Below, piece by piece: positions 12,070 to 25,370 of a DNA stretch of 64,000 nucleotides. Every line of letters begins with the position of its first letter. Within the stretch, counting starts at the first letter, position 1. The notes under the pieces are model-generated. The model did not search any database. It had not been told where the DNA came from and was given only the letters and a program-made list of their open reading frames with translations. A program made the position numbers and the translations under genes. The DNA lies in the NCBI GenBank assembly GCA_002633005.1, contig NMRA01000072.1:330952-394951 (forward strand), read 5' to 3'. The stretch comes from Phoronis australis. Taxonomy: Eukaryota > Animalia > Phoronida.

Positions 12070-13110
12070 CTTCGTCAAATGGCGATCTTATTTAATTTTT
12101 GAATCGCCCAACTGGGATATAGGCATCTGTTACTTAGATGACGCTATCCTCCCGTTTTCTGATGGATTCGATGTAGTTTGCACCATTTTACTGTTTTCGA
12201 GTCTGTTTTTGGCATCCACCTCTTTATCCACCAAACAGCTCTAAGGATAATTGGGTCAATTGGCAAGTATGTTCTTACAAGGAAGGGGATGACTCATGAT
12301 GATTTTCCGACGACTTTGACTACTGTGGCGCCTCCTAGTGGCAGTTTTGTTTTTTGCGCCCATGTCTGTATCTCTTAAACCGTTCGCAGTAGCTTTACTA
12401 AAATTTAGCAAGTGTACTTTTTTATATGTTGTTGACAAAGGACGTCCAAGACTTTCGGAGGGACCTGACTTCCGGTGTGCCCCCTAGAGCCAGTTTTATT
12501 TTTTTACATTTACCTCTGTATCTTCAAAGTTCCATAACGGATTTTCATAAAATTTGGAATACAGGCATCTATTAGTGATTTGACACTATCCTCCCGTTTT
12601 CAAATGTAATCGAGGTATTTTGTGCCACCTAGTGGCCATATTTGAGGTTTTTGAGGCTACCCTCTACCAACCAAACCATTCTAAGGATGATTCTGAAAAT
12701 TGGAGTTCATGTACTTAGAGTGAAGAGGACAGTTCACGATGACGACTTCGATTAATGTGACGCCTGCTAGTGGTAGTTTTGTTTTGTTTTGCGCCTATAG
12801 CGGTATCTCAGTCCTAAACCCATTGCAGGATCTTTATTAAATTTAGTAGGCCTAAGTGTATACGAAGCTAACAACTGACGAGGACGACTTTTAGGCGGAT
12901 CCAACGAACGCTGTGCCCCCTGGTGGCAATTTCATTTGTTTCCATTTTCTTTTCTTTATCTGAAGTTCCTTGATAGATTTTTATGAAATTTGGTAAATAT
13001 TTCTCTGTTAAAGACGCGATGACATTTTCTTGTTTTTAGATGGATTAAAGGTCTTTGCGCCATGTAGTGGCCATTTTATGATACAAATAAACAACCCTAG
13101 AAGCACCTCG
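12070..13110 (-). mobile_element. Helentron/HINE-like satellite array of about 145-bp units, each with a CTCF-like motif
   Basis: Motifs at 12328, 12477, 12622, 12759, 12913, 13057. Same family as 37600-38682, in the opposite orientation. Confidence 0.6.
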
Positions 13111-13646
13111 TTTGCAGTGCATTCGTGGGCGCATTTCAACGCTCTCTGTTGCTCTTGTTATAGTTGACGTTGTGTGTGGCTTCATACAATTTTGCAACAA
13201 AATTGGACTTCTTTTTTTCCATAGAGACAGGAACTTCACTTTCGCTGATTATTTTATGTACTGCCGGAACTCATGCTGGTGTTGGACGTTTTTATTGCCA
13301 AGGCTAGTGTTTCCTGCAGTGTTCCAGAAAATTTCCCGAAACTCGTTGGCTTTAGTCCAGTGAACCAAGAGAAGGAATGAAATAATGTCTGCTCAAATGG
13401 CCAAGTTGAGGTGACAAGACAGTGTAACTGAGACAAAAGTCTTACAACTACGGATTCAAGCACTTTCACAGTAGGTGCTGTATGTAAATATCCCCTATCA
13501 GTATATAACAAAACATGATGCGCTTTTCCAAATTGAAAAATGCGCTGCTTGGTCCGAGGTCGTAGCAATTGTTTCAATTATTTAGCATCTATCACAGAAC
13601 GAAACGTTTATTCTTTTTCAGTTTTAACATAAACATGTAGAATCAC

Positions 13647-13764
13647 CAAGGTCGTCTGCCACGATAAAGACGATATTAGGTTTAGGCGAAGTCATTGGCT
13701 TGCCGTCACATCTGTAGCATACTAGTGCGACAAAGAAAAGGCTTACGGTTGTCATGAAAGGCAT
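13647..13764 (-). CDS. Extra (type B) first exon upstream of sulfatase copy 1: signal peptide + [14 protein letters not shown]
   Basis: [40 protein letters not shown] ends at a phase-1 donor (GTGATT), compatible with exon 2 at 9454. I found no separate gene body. Confidence 0.7.
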
Positions 13765-16181
13765 TTCTGCAACTGATGTCGGCCCGGGTATTAGCCTCTC
13801 AAGCACGACAATATTCAAAAGTCAGTGCACTTACTTTAACATGACCGGCCAGTCTCTGTCACGGACTTCAAGCTATCACCAACGACATTATAGTTACACA
13901 AGGGTATACAGTATCTTTGCTATCACAGCGCTCAGCGGGAAGAGCTCTCGAGATTTAATTGTATGGGTGAGCACCTGTGTAAAAAACACTGTGGTGAAAG
14001 GGCTATAAACAGTCCGTAATGCCTAAGTGTTGAAAATATGCTAGCTTTGTCGGTTCTGGTACACTATCCAATAGAGGGTGTCATGTAGGGTAACGCGCCG
14101 CAGACCTCAACTGGGTTATTTTTTCCTCTCACTTAAATACATGTCAACTAATATGGGAATTATGTATTTGCTACGTATTTTTGCCGTTTCTGTAGTGCTA
14201 CAGTGGTAATTAATTAATTCGCATTTTTGCCGATGTTCATCATAAAGTTTCCAAACCTTCGCTTTGGCTTTTACTGGCAATCTCTTTTGTCGACATAATC
14301 TCACATCAGACGAGCCTTTCTCGACAGGGCCAACGGACTCATTTACCAAGGAGCATATAACAATACTCAGAGTTAGGCCTATTGGACATAAGAGCCTCTA
14401 ACAGGTAGGCCGGGTGCATGCAGTGCACTTTGACACTTGACTATACTTTGACAGTACTATATTTTTTTAACAAAAGAGAACCCCCTCCTCCCGATGTTAC
14501 AATAGATCCGTGTAGGGCTTCTAGACAATAGTTTTTGTGAGTGCAGTTAGTACCTGGCGGCACAATCGTCCCATTTATTGACCTCATGTTGGGGTGTACA
14601 GTCAAAGGTTACAATTGACGTCAAAGATAATATTCACCAAGATATTACAACATAAGGTTACTTAGCGCATAAGCTCGTTTGCAGCTCGAAAATACTGGAA
14701 CTTGCGTGACAGCAAATACTTACATAGATTCCTTCGTTGAAAACCAGGAACTTTAACTTTTTAAAACTCAGTCACGGCTGGATTCTATGGGTAACCTGGA
14801 TGTTTCCCTCCTTTGGGTGTACATACGCGCAGTCAAACCACACTATATACACCTCTAAACCAGGAAAAATGGAAACATGAGAAAATGCCACCGGAGACGA
14901 TATCCGAATGTGAGGAACATTCCTAATCATTCGATGGGGGAAACCCCGGGATTGCTGCGTCATGCTCCCCGTATTGTTCATTATTTTAAATTTATTTATT
15001 TATTGATAATTATATTGGCTTTGAATTGTAAATTTTCTCTGTCTCGATATTTTATTCTATTATTATGTTTTAGATTACGCTTCGAACCTTTGTAGGATCC
15101 AACAAATGAAGAAAGTGGAGTGGGTCAGATTTGAAGGCATCTTTTCATGGACTAAATGACAAGTGATTGACACGAGCGGTATTGAGTAGTTCATTGAAAA
15201 TGTTTCGAGTAAATGGTATATAGAAATTTGGACTCTACTCTTACTACCTGGATATGAAAATCTCGCTTCCAAGTACGTCCTTGCTCAGCGTTGAATTTTT
15301 GGCGCGAATCCAGGTACCACCCAGACAAGTGAGAATTGTCAAAAATCTGGTGGGTAATGACATATTTCAACCTAATTTTCTGGAATCTACAGTGCAAGAT
15401 TATTTGGATACTTGTCTCACCGACGTAGTGATTTTAAGTACAAAAGGCCAAAAATCGCTATTTCTTGGTCATTTTTTGACATCTCAATTTTCCCGTGGAC
15501 GTAGGCAAGGCAAAAAGACATTGTTTTGTTCTTCAACTTTAAGAAACCCCATCGATTGTGCTGTCTGTCAGTTTGGAATTGGTGTAAAGATTTAAAGCTT
15601 CCATGGACCCAGAACAATGTGTTTTTATTGTTAACTTTCTGTAATTCATGCGCGCACCCAGGGGGGCTCGTCCATATGGCGAAGTGGGCAAAAATGCCTG
15701 CCTCGAAGAAACAAAAGCTCCGAAAATATAGTCAAGAGAACGAGACAAAATTCCGCTAAAAAGGCAAGAACTGCTAAAAATCGGTGAATGCACAGTTCAT
15801 ATAGCTCTGACGGTATCCCGTGAATTAATTCCTTAAAATATCCACATTCTCAGAAATTTGAGCCTCTCAATTTTTAGGCTGCATGTAATTGGTGGTCTCC
15901 AGTGAATCATGAAAACCTTACATCTCCGTGGTTGCGCCATGTTTCTTTTTTATAACTCTACTCAAGAGATTGTATTTATGAAACATAATGAATGTGTCAC
16001 TTCAATATTATACATTTAGAGTCCAGTAATTTTAACATGTTCACTATTCAACAAGAGGCAGCACAAACATACATTGCCAAGTGGAAATCACTGACCATTG
16101 GCCACTCGCACTAAGTGCGCGTTTTCTTTTCACAGTTTGTCAATTTATTGTTCACGTGCTTTCTTAAATTTGCTCCTTAAC

Positions 16182-18416
16182 TCAACACCAGCCGGGAGAC
16201 CAGACATTCCCAAAGTTCTTAGGGTTTGATTTTTCCCGTTCCGCTGGTGGCCATATTGGTTTAGCCATCTTCTTCTTGTACACATTTAATCTGGCCTCTA
16301 GTCTTTTCACTACTTCAGGTAACTTGTCTGCCAGGTTGTTTCTTTCCTCGGGATCGACTGAAAGCAAAATTGTGATAGCATAGTTTTGTTACCTATTAGA
16401 TTGACTAATAACGCGAAACGTTCACGAGAGTTCTTTTATGTTTAATTGCACGTTATACTTTGAACGCTAGAAAATGTTTTGAAATTTACAATACACACAT
16501 CTAAAGCAAAGAGTCTATCATCAATCAACATTACAACCTTAGCTCAATTCTGCCCAAGTCCGTTTGAATGTGACTTTTGAGAATTTTAACGCTGCTTCCG
16601 TAAACAAAAATTCCAATCATATTAATGACGATTCTTGATTACGATGCTCCTGAATGTTGAACTTTGTTAGATTGTGTACATGCTGTAAGAGTAAGATAGC
16701 ACTAATAACTTGTTGCTGGTTTGGAGATTGTCCGACAACCAGCCACCATTATCTACGACTTTCAGTTACATATACTTACACCTTATATTATACAAGTGCG
16801 TGAAGGGAGAGAACTCAAGGTCAGACGCGTGTTCCGTAGATGCGTCTCTCTTCGACCTAACCACGTGCTGATCTACCCCTGGCGACCTCATATGACTTTT
16901 AGTTGCCTTTTCGTCTTGCTCATATTCCGGTGGAATGTACCATTTGTTACCTCCTACAGTACCTGCCAACCATCTGATCAACTTGTAATCACCCACCCTG
17001 AATAATATTCAGCGAGAAATAACTGTAATAGCAATTCATTTTGCAAGGCATCTGCTAATTTCAAGACAGTCAATAGCAGTGTGAAGGAGGTGAGATGTCG
17101 GTGGATTCAAACCAACCCCAATCAAAAAACAAACTCAGACACGTCTTAGTTGGAAGATGGTTTATACGTTGACATACGTTGCTGTGAGTTATGGATAAGT
17201 TATCACAGAAAACAATCTTCGTTGTATATTTTCATTAAATGTGAAACAATTACTTAACTTACTAAAAGCTGTTTCGCAATATAGGCTGTGATGTACTTAA
17301 AGGTGGAAACAGTTATATGACCGCGCCTTCAGTGAGCTCCTCAGGACTCCTGTCCGGGGCCGACCTACTTTTCCAGAATTGGACTGTGATTGAGCTCTTT
17401 TAAAATGCGGGTGGAACGAAAACAATTGTTATCTTGAGAAGAAATGTTTTGAGACCTGAGTCTGTAAGTGTTCATCAGTCTGTTTCATGCTTTTAAGCTA
17501 AAGCCGCACGTATAGGAAATGCCCTTTAATATTCAAACACAAAACAGAGGATTGCCTTGAATTTCAAAACAGTGTTGATATCAAAACTCACCGAATAGCT
17601 GCGTTGCCTTCTGTCAAAAGTGACGTGTAATTGTCAAGGTTGTACACGAACTCTGACCTCTGAGACTCTCCCCCATTCATAACTAGGTCCGTCTGGTCAA
17701 TACTGTCCACTTCTCGCGGAGCCTCGCCGCCAGCAAGATTTATGAAGGTGGAGAACCAGTCCACAGCATGAATCATCCTGACGGCAGAAACGCCGCATTA
17801 ATAAAACTTGACAAAGACGTTGCTTGGTCAAAGAAATGCCGTTAATGGTGCGAATGCCCCATATGGCCTCTAGCTCTTTCGTTGTATCGATTCTTTATTG
17901 TATAACGTTGGCTAAATTGGAAAACGAAATTCACCGAAACGCGTGAGCATGCCTAGTCTATCCACTCAACGAGAAACAAGACTCGGCACAGCCACCGTCT
18001 TTCACGTAGTCAAAGTGCGTAGCAGTGATTTGAAGGTGCTTGCGTTCACTACTTGCACATTGAAGAATGCGTCGACACACACTGTCCCTCATTTCGTTTC
18101 TACCAAAGTAAATTATATGATTTCCAGTGACACCTCTTTTTCAAAATTAACTTCGTTATTGTAATGTACTCACTCGTTGCTGGTGTGTCCCTTTCTCTTG
18201 AGAAGAGGACTGTGTACAAAAGCCGTTCCCCGAGTTCCGCCCTCGTATATCGTGCCTTTATCACCACGCAATGGCCAATTAGAACCGGAGTAATTTACCA
18301 TTCCGCCGTTCTAAAGACGCACAAAGTTCCATTTTACTATTCTATATCGCAGGCTTTACTGGATCAACTTTCTAGTGTTGTTACAGTTTAGTACAGAGAA
18401 CAAGAAAAAGTGTCAG

Positions 18417-18453
<37 letters not shown>

Positions 18454-19039
18454 TATATATATATAATTAACATAATACTAAAATACTAGGAATTCTACAA
18501 ACCAGGAGACAACAGTTTTTGACGAGTGACCACCTTTCCCACAAACGATTAAACCATTCAGAAGATGTGACTTATAGTTTTTCGCATCTAGGTATTCACT
18601 GACAGAGAGAAAGTATATTTTTGGATTTTGATATTGCATGGTAGCATACATAGTTTGTTCAGTTGTGGCGGCGAGTTAGTTACAGCTGCCGAGAGGCAGT
18701 GCCGCCTCTCGAGAGACTGAATACAGACGCTTTGTTGTAACCAACAATGTCAACTCAATCAAAGGATAAAAACACCACAATGTTGCTTTTCAAGATCGAA
18801 GAAAGTCGTTTTAGAAACTAGAACAGGGATTTTAGCAGTTTAGTCTCTAGAATCACTTACATCCGTTGTGAAGACTATGAGTGTGTTGTCGTATAGCTTG
18901 TTTTTTTTCAAAGCTTCCACAACTTGTCCAACGCCGTCGTCTAACGCTGCTACCATTCCTGCTCAGACAAAAAGGTGACACTAGGGCGTAACATTTTTCA
19001 TTTCGTGATAGTTGCCCCCTCCAGCTCTGGCACACACTT

Positions 19040-19101
<62 letters not shown>

Positions 19102-19251
19102 AGTAAACACCCACGATTAATGGCAACATACCAAATTTCGTGTCATTTTACCATTAGTTTTTGTTGACAGTCAAAGGGGGTCCCCTGCCTCCCCCTAAAT
19201 CCTACACAGCAAATAGGCGAATGTCTATCAACTGCTAATGCAACTATATAN

Positions 19252-19286
<35 letters not shown>

Positions 19287-22200
19287 ACACACGAACACAC
19301 ACACACACAAGTAAACACCCACGATTAATGGCAACATACCATATTTCGTGTCATTTTACCATTAGTTTTTGTTGACAGTCAAAGGGGGTCCCCTGCCTCC
19401 CCCTAAATCCGACACAGCAAATAGGCGAATGTCTATCAACTGCTAATGCAACTATATACAATTTCACTCTTCGCCCAAATCAGTAGTCATATTGTGCCAC
19501 CAGGGCCCGTGATCAACAAACTTTCCTCAAGATTCAACTCGAAAATATTGACCAGTTACATCGCGACTGGTGAGGAGTCCCGAGTTGAGTTTGGTGGTCA
19601 CGGGCTCAGATTTAGTTCAAAACACCGAGAATGTAAAAACATAATAATTCAACAAAGTGTCAATCAAAATTCAAATCGTGCATCACTGGACGTTCTAGAT
19701 TTACGTCACAAGGCCCGTTGGAGCAGGGCCTATTTGTCGACATTTTGGATGCTTACAAGAGGCATTCATCGTGTTTACCTGCCTAAACTACGAAAATCGA
19801 ATTAGGCATTTTACTCTCATAGGATTGGTTTCATAATACTCCGTACGGCAAGGAATACCAGATATGATCAATTCTATGAGAGTAGAAGGTCAAATTCTAT
19901 TTTCGTTTTTTGTCAGCTAAACAAGTTTTAACTCATGACTGCTTGACGAAGTACGAGTGCCTCTGGGAATTTTGCTGCTGTAAATTTTGTAACTTTGATA
20001 ATTTTCACAGGCAATACATACCGCAGAATGTTCGCCTGTTCTTGTCCAAAATGTCGGAACATCGTTGAGCGTATTCGTCTGGAACCTGTGCGTGCATAAA
20101 AAATATATATTTTTGAGAATACGAAACTGAATGATAAACACACTCATAGACACAATCTATGGATAGGACAGAGTGTGCTTTATGTTATGAAAACTGTAAG
20201 CACAGTGAACTGTAAAGGTTATGAAATCGGTACACCCATGATTTTTGTCGTGTTGTTAGTGGGGGCGGACTCCTGCCCCTGTATGCGAATAAAGTGAGCA
20301 ACGTCACCCTCCATTGCAATAAATATTTTCGGATGAGGCTTTTATGGTGATTTTTGAGTCCATTCTCGTAGTAGGCCTATGTTTTGTTAGTATAATTGAG
20401 AATTTCCCAAATATCGACTGACCTATCCCAACGGTGATTAGGTCATACAGAAAGAGCGGTAATAGTCACTTACAGGGTCCAAATTTTGAAAACAAGTTTT
20501 CGCTACTAAATAATGGGCATCAAACCGATTCTAAAAATCCAGGACCCCCTGTAAGCGTACCGAGAGAGAGCAATGTTGCCCGAGGCCGTATATATATTTT
20601 TTCATTTCACGGCAAGTGGTGCTTCTTTCCTCAGATTTCCGAAGTTCGTCTTTTGTTAGATAAAGCATGTTTTTACTTCTTTTGATGTAATTATCGTCTG
20701 CTCGATTTATTTACACGGCAAGTTTCCATAGCGTCTAGTTAGTTTTTTCGCGTTTAGGGACATCTGTCGTCTGGAAAGCTTTGGGATGAAAAGGGATATT
20801 ACACGGCTAGCCGGTCGACATCACTTCACAACGGGAGCTTTTGTGTTGTTTTAGCCAATCAGAGGACACCTCCGCCCCCTTGCGTAATGTCGACTAACAA
20901 ACAATAAGTTTTACCAGGCAACGTGTTGTTTGTAGGGTGAAACGGCCACTTGGAAACGAAGGTGTGTCAATAATGCTGCGTTCTAAATGGTCACTCAAAA
21001 TCATGGCTATAGGTCAATTAAGCGTATGTTCTCAGTGAATCGCTGAGTGGAGCAACAGACTTGGGTGACTCACCTGCAGAGGGAAATGAGGACTTGTATA
21101 AGGAAGGTACAAGAACAGTGGTCTGGAGGTGTTGTGTTGGTCGATGATCTGAACGGCTCGCTGGGTAAACAGGGACTGCAGAAGTAAACAAACAACTAAT
21201 AGTCTGATTATTGCACACTTGTGTCGGAAAAACATGACCATGTATTTTGTATACATATATGTTATAGCACTTATTTTGAACCCTTATTTTGTCCAACTAA
21301 ACGGCCTTTCCTTCAACTAACTCCGATCTTCTTTCGACAACCTCTGCTCTTTTTCCATCAACTTTGGAAAGAGGGCTTGTAAGCCGGAACGCATTTTATA
21401 CCGCTCGCCGGGACATATGTTGAACATAAACACTATTCTATATAATTCGTGCACTCACTGGCCTTTCTTCCCTATAATATAAACTTTGGTGACGCGTAGC
21501 AATAATTCAGGCGAAGCACACTTAGACCCTACGTACGCAGAGGGTTGTGGGCCTCTTTGAAATTTCTTTGAAGGAAACCATCTTACCGTGGCGTATTCAC
21601 CATCTTTATTGCGGACAGGTTCCCTGTTGTCTCTGAAGTCCAGACCGGAATATGAGCCTGGCGCCGGACTACCTCGAGTCGTGTGTGTAAAATAGTCGAA
21701 CGCGCCTGCATAAGTCCCGTAAAATGATTCAAAACCACGAAAGGTAGGAGTACAGTTCCAGTTACAGAAACCGAGGTGCCACCTTCAAAATAAAAACGTT
21801 GATTTTTGATGAAACTCTCTATTTATATTTGATATGATGTCCCGAAGCCCAAAAGCTTACATAAAAATATCATAACAAGTGAAATAGAAATTGTCCCTTT
21901 ACATCACGCAATGATAATGGTAGTCATTATTTTTATTTTTTAATTATTATTATTATTTCATTTAGTTATATTATTATTTCGAATGTCCTGTTTCTATATC
22001 TATAGGTCCTTCTTCCGTTATTAGCATGTCACACAATAAACGATGAATGTACGTGACTTACGCAGAGATGAGAAATGTACGTCATAAAGGAAATGTTTAC
22101 AAATTCGTAAATTCAACAGTAGCCGACTCACTTTCCAACAATGTGGGTCGCGTAATCCTGTTCTTTCAAATACTGAGGGAGTATTTTTATGTCAGTGGGC

Positions 22201-24520
22201 AGGCAGGATGGTCTTTCACTAAACATCGCCATATGCTGTAGTCCCGTCCGGAATGGATAACGGCCTGTCAGAAAGGCGTTTCGGGAACTGAAAGATCAAG
22301 AAGAAAATTATTTAAACAACAGAGGTAATTAACATCAATACCAAGTGACCACAATTTTTATTTTACCGTATTGATCTTCCTTATTCTCTCAAATTTCGTC
22401 ACACTCTACTACTAAATCGATTATTTGTCTTTAAAGCTGATCCCTTTGAAACGGACATTTCTTTTTATCGGTTTTATGGTCGAAAAACGCATTTTCGGTA
22501 TTCGTGTTGATTGGGAAGACTTTGACCAATATGAGAGCTGTAAAACAGCAAAATTCGTGGTGTTGTTTTTTATTGTTTCACAAATCGCTAATTCTCGACG
22601 TTATTTGCGAGACATTTCTGAACATTGACATGATTAGTTACATACCATTAAAATAGACGATCGACTTATCGAGTGGGCTCTAGTTCGTCAACAGACACAC
22701 TGAAATTCTGTTAATATTGGTAAGTACTTTGTCATATACATTGGTAAGAACTGTACTTACGCGGTGCAGAGTGGTTGAACATAAGATTGTGTTAGGATCA
22801 CCCCAGATTTGGCAAGATCATCCAGTTGGGGGGTCTTCATGTATGGGTTGTTGTAACCAATATCCGCGTGACCTGAACGAGAGTAATTAATTCAAAACGG
22901 CTTTAAATCCGCCGTCTTACACAAAAACTAACTTTAGATTTGTACCACTTAACGTATTGGTTTCAAATTTTTCCTGATTTCGAAGTGACTTCGAAAGAAC
23001 AGACAGCTCCCGACGTTATCACTTGAGATCAGACTCCTTAAGTCCCCATTCATTTGGCTTTTCACGGAGTGTCTGCATTTTTTGCCCACAGCATAGCCTC
23101 AAACAATAACGAAATGTCAATGGGTGAACGTTACGCTCGTAAATAACGTGCGCTAGATAATATTCTTGTTAGTGGCGTAAAGTAATTATTTGCTGCATAA
23201 AGTGACATTTAACGGCGCAAGCTAATTATTTGCGGGGTACAGCAACTTTTTACGGCATAAAGTAATTATTTAGGGCGTAAATTAAAGTTAATTTACGTGC
23301 ATAATTTACGCACGTAAATAATGAACTTATGTGTGTAAAGTTAGTCCGCAAATAATTACTTTTCACCACCAACAAGAACTAACTTACACACGTAATTTGT
23401 TCACCCATGATAGTTGTTTTGCAAGCCTATATATCACTTCCCATTCGAGGCCAGTCGTGGGCTATTACAAAAATGGTTTCTTAGCAGCCAGGCGCTGGTT
23501 TATAGCAGTTTTGAATGAGGAGAAGCCAAATACTACGTACACAACTTAAGCCAAATTAATGATAATCGAATGGCAGATCAAATACAATTTTCAAAAATGC
23601 TGTTGTGATATTGTAGGACCCTTTAAAATGGGCAATTTTGGCTAACTTTGGAACGTCATGTCTCAGAAAAGGCTGATCGAATTCATGTGAAACTTTCAGA
23701 CACCACACTTCATGCACTGTGCTCCAAAACACTGACTAAGAATTGTTTTAAAACTTTTTCCACTTTTGCATGAGGGTCTATCAAAAATAGAACTTCATGA
23801 TTTTCATGAAAAAATCAAAATTTGCCTCAATCGAAAACGGAATCAATGATAACTTAGAAAATTGTAACAGCTTTTTGAGATTTCATCTTGCCCATGAGCA
23901 AACATTGTTTATGTTATCGATACCGTTCTTTGCTACAGACTTGCCTTTCTTTTTTTTTGCTAAATTTACTCAGACACAGTCACGTGATCCATTTAGTAGC
24001 AGATTGGCATAAAGTCAAAAATCAAATTCTACGTGCTTTCTACTTTCAAAAAATATATTAATAGAGTTAAACTTTATAGTTTCGTAGATATTTCAAATAC
24101 ACCGACAAGTCGATAAGGTACTAAATAATACAAGTCCTGCAAATTAACATAACTTGTGAAAGCTCTTGTACAACCAAACAGGCAAATGGAGAAAGTGTTC
24201 CTTAACCTGTTTTATACAATATAGAGTTACCGAATATTTACAAATTGGGCGTGAGCGGCGGGTCCGCCTGAAGTTTTAGGCCTATAGAGTATAGACCTAG
24301 TAGGTACTAACCATATATTAATAAAGGATAAAAATAGTTCCAGGTGATCAGTGCAATGGGCCCACATGCACGTCTGCAATTGTTTTTTTTACTCACCAAG
24401 ATCGTCGGCAACAATGAAAACAATGTTAGGTTTTGGCTGCGTCACATATCTCGCTTCACATTTGTAGCATACGAGCAGTGTAAGGAAAACCTTCAAAAAT
24501 GATGCGCCAAAGTGGGACAT
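16182..24520 (-). CDS. ARSB: Arylsulfatase B-like sulfatase, tandem copy 2 (11 exons, about 522 aa)
   Basis: Exons 24397-24520, 22761-22872, 22132-22287, 21587-21782, 21074-21175, 20022-20085, 18861-18958, 18174-18310, 17592-17777, 16780-16997, 16182-16357 total 1569 nt in one open frame. Same intron positions and motifs as copy 1. Confidence 0.93.
18417..18464. repeat. (TATACA)n/(TA)n microsatellite
   Basis: Direct reading. Confidence 0.9.
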
Positions 24521-24971
24521 TGTTGCTTAAGTCCAGTCAAATCACTTTTCCGTTTTCAACAGTCGGTGCCTTCGGACTCTTCGCTGTATCTAAGTGTACG
24601 AAGAATATATACTACGCTCCTTGGTTCTATTTTTGACCTCGCGTGTTTTTACTCGAGCGTCCCAGTTACTGACCCCAAGTTGTTTACACACGCAATAATC
24701 CGAAGATAAATTTCGTACAATTAAATTAGAAAAAATAACATCGGTCAGATCAGAACTGATGACAAAACTGGTTCAAATAACGATTAGTCATTTTACAGAA
24801 TGTAAAGTAAACAATAAACCAATTGTGTTGAATGTACCGAATAGGACTTTTCTTTTCGGTTTGGGAGTACGTGTGTCCTAGAGGCCGGTGTTAGTTTCAC
24901 CTACCATAAAGGTGCTTTTGTCCGAGCGTCCCAGTTACTGACCTCAAGTTGTTTGCACACAAAATGATCAG

Positions 24972-25370
24972 GACCCAGAATCCAATCATTGTACTCGAAA
25001 CGAACTCGAAATTATTTTTGACAATTTCTCTGCTACTTTTGTGCGAATTCAAGATAAGTGGTCATTAGATTGTGCTGGAATACATCATATTTTTTTACGC
25101 ATATGAGTTTCTAGTACAAGTTTGTACTTGATGACTCTGATATTAGTGCTACAAACTCGAGTAAAAACTCGAAATTTCGAGTTCAAACTCGAACTTTCAG
25201 CAAATGTTGGGTTTATCAACTGCAAACCAAGACTACAAAATTATACACGTAAGTCGTTATGTACTCGGGCATAGAATAATAGACACTTATCTTGAATTGA
25301 CACAAAAGTAGAGTAGAATGCCAAATATAATTTCGAGTTCTATTTCCAGTAAAAAGATTAGAACTTTGGC
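24972..25370. mobile_element. MITE with about 90-bp imperfect TIRs (PIF/Harbinger-like, probable CAG TSD) inserted in a duplicated promoter copy
   Basis: Inverted ends gacccagaatccaatc...caagataagtg / cacttatcttg...gaactttggcc. Removing it restores the promoter sequence seen at 24654-24720. Confidence 0.7.

Noticed and set aside
14400-15850. Possible gene or classifiable transposon between the sulfatase copies
   Set aside because: Looks like transposon debris, but I could not find paired termini, a TSD or a coding motif.
19085-19458. About 210-bp tandem duplication
   Set aside because: The two near-identical copies meet at an N beside a (CA)n tract; most likely a contig-overlap artefact.
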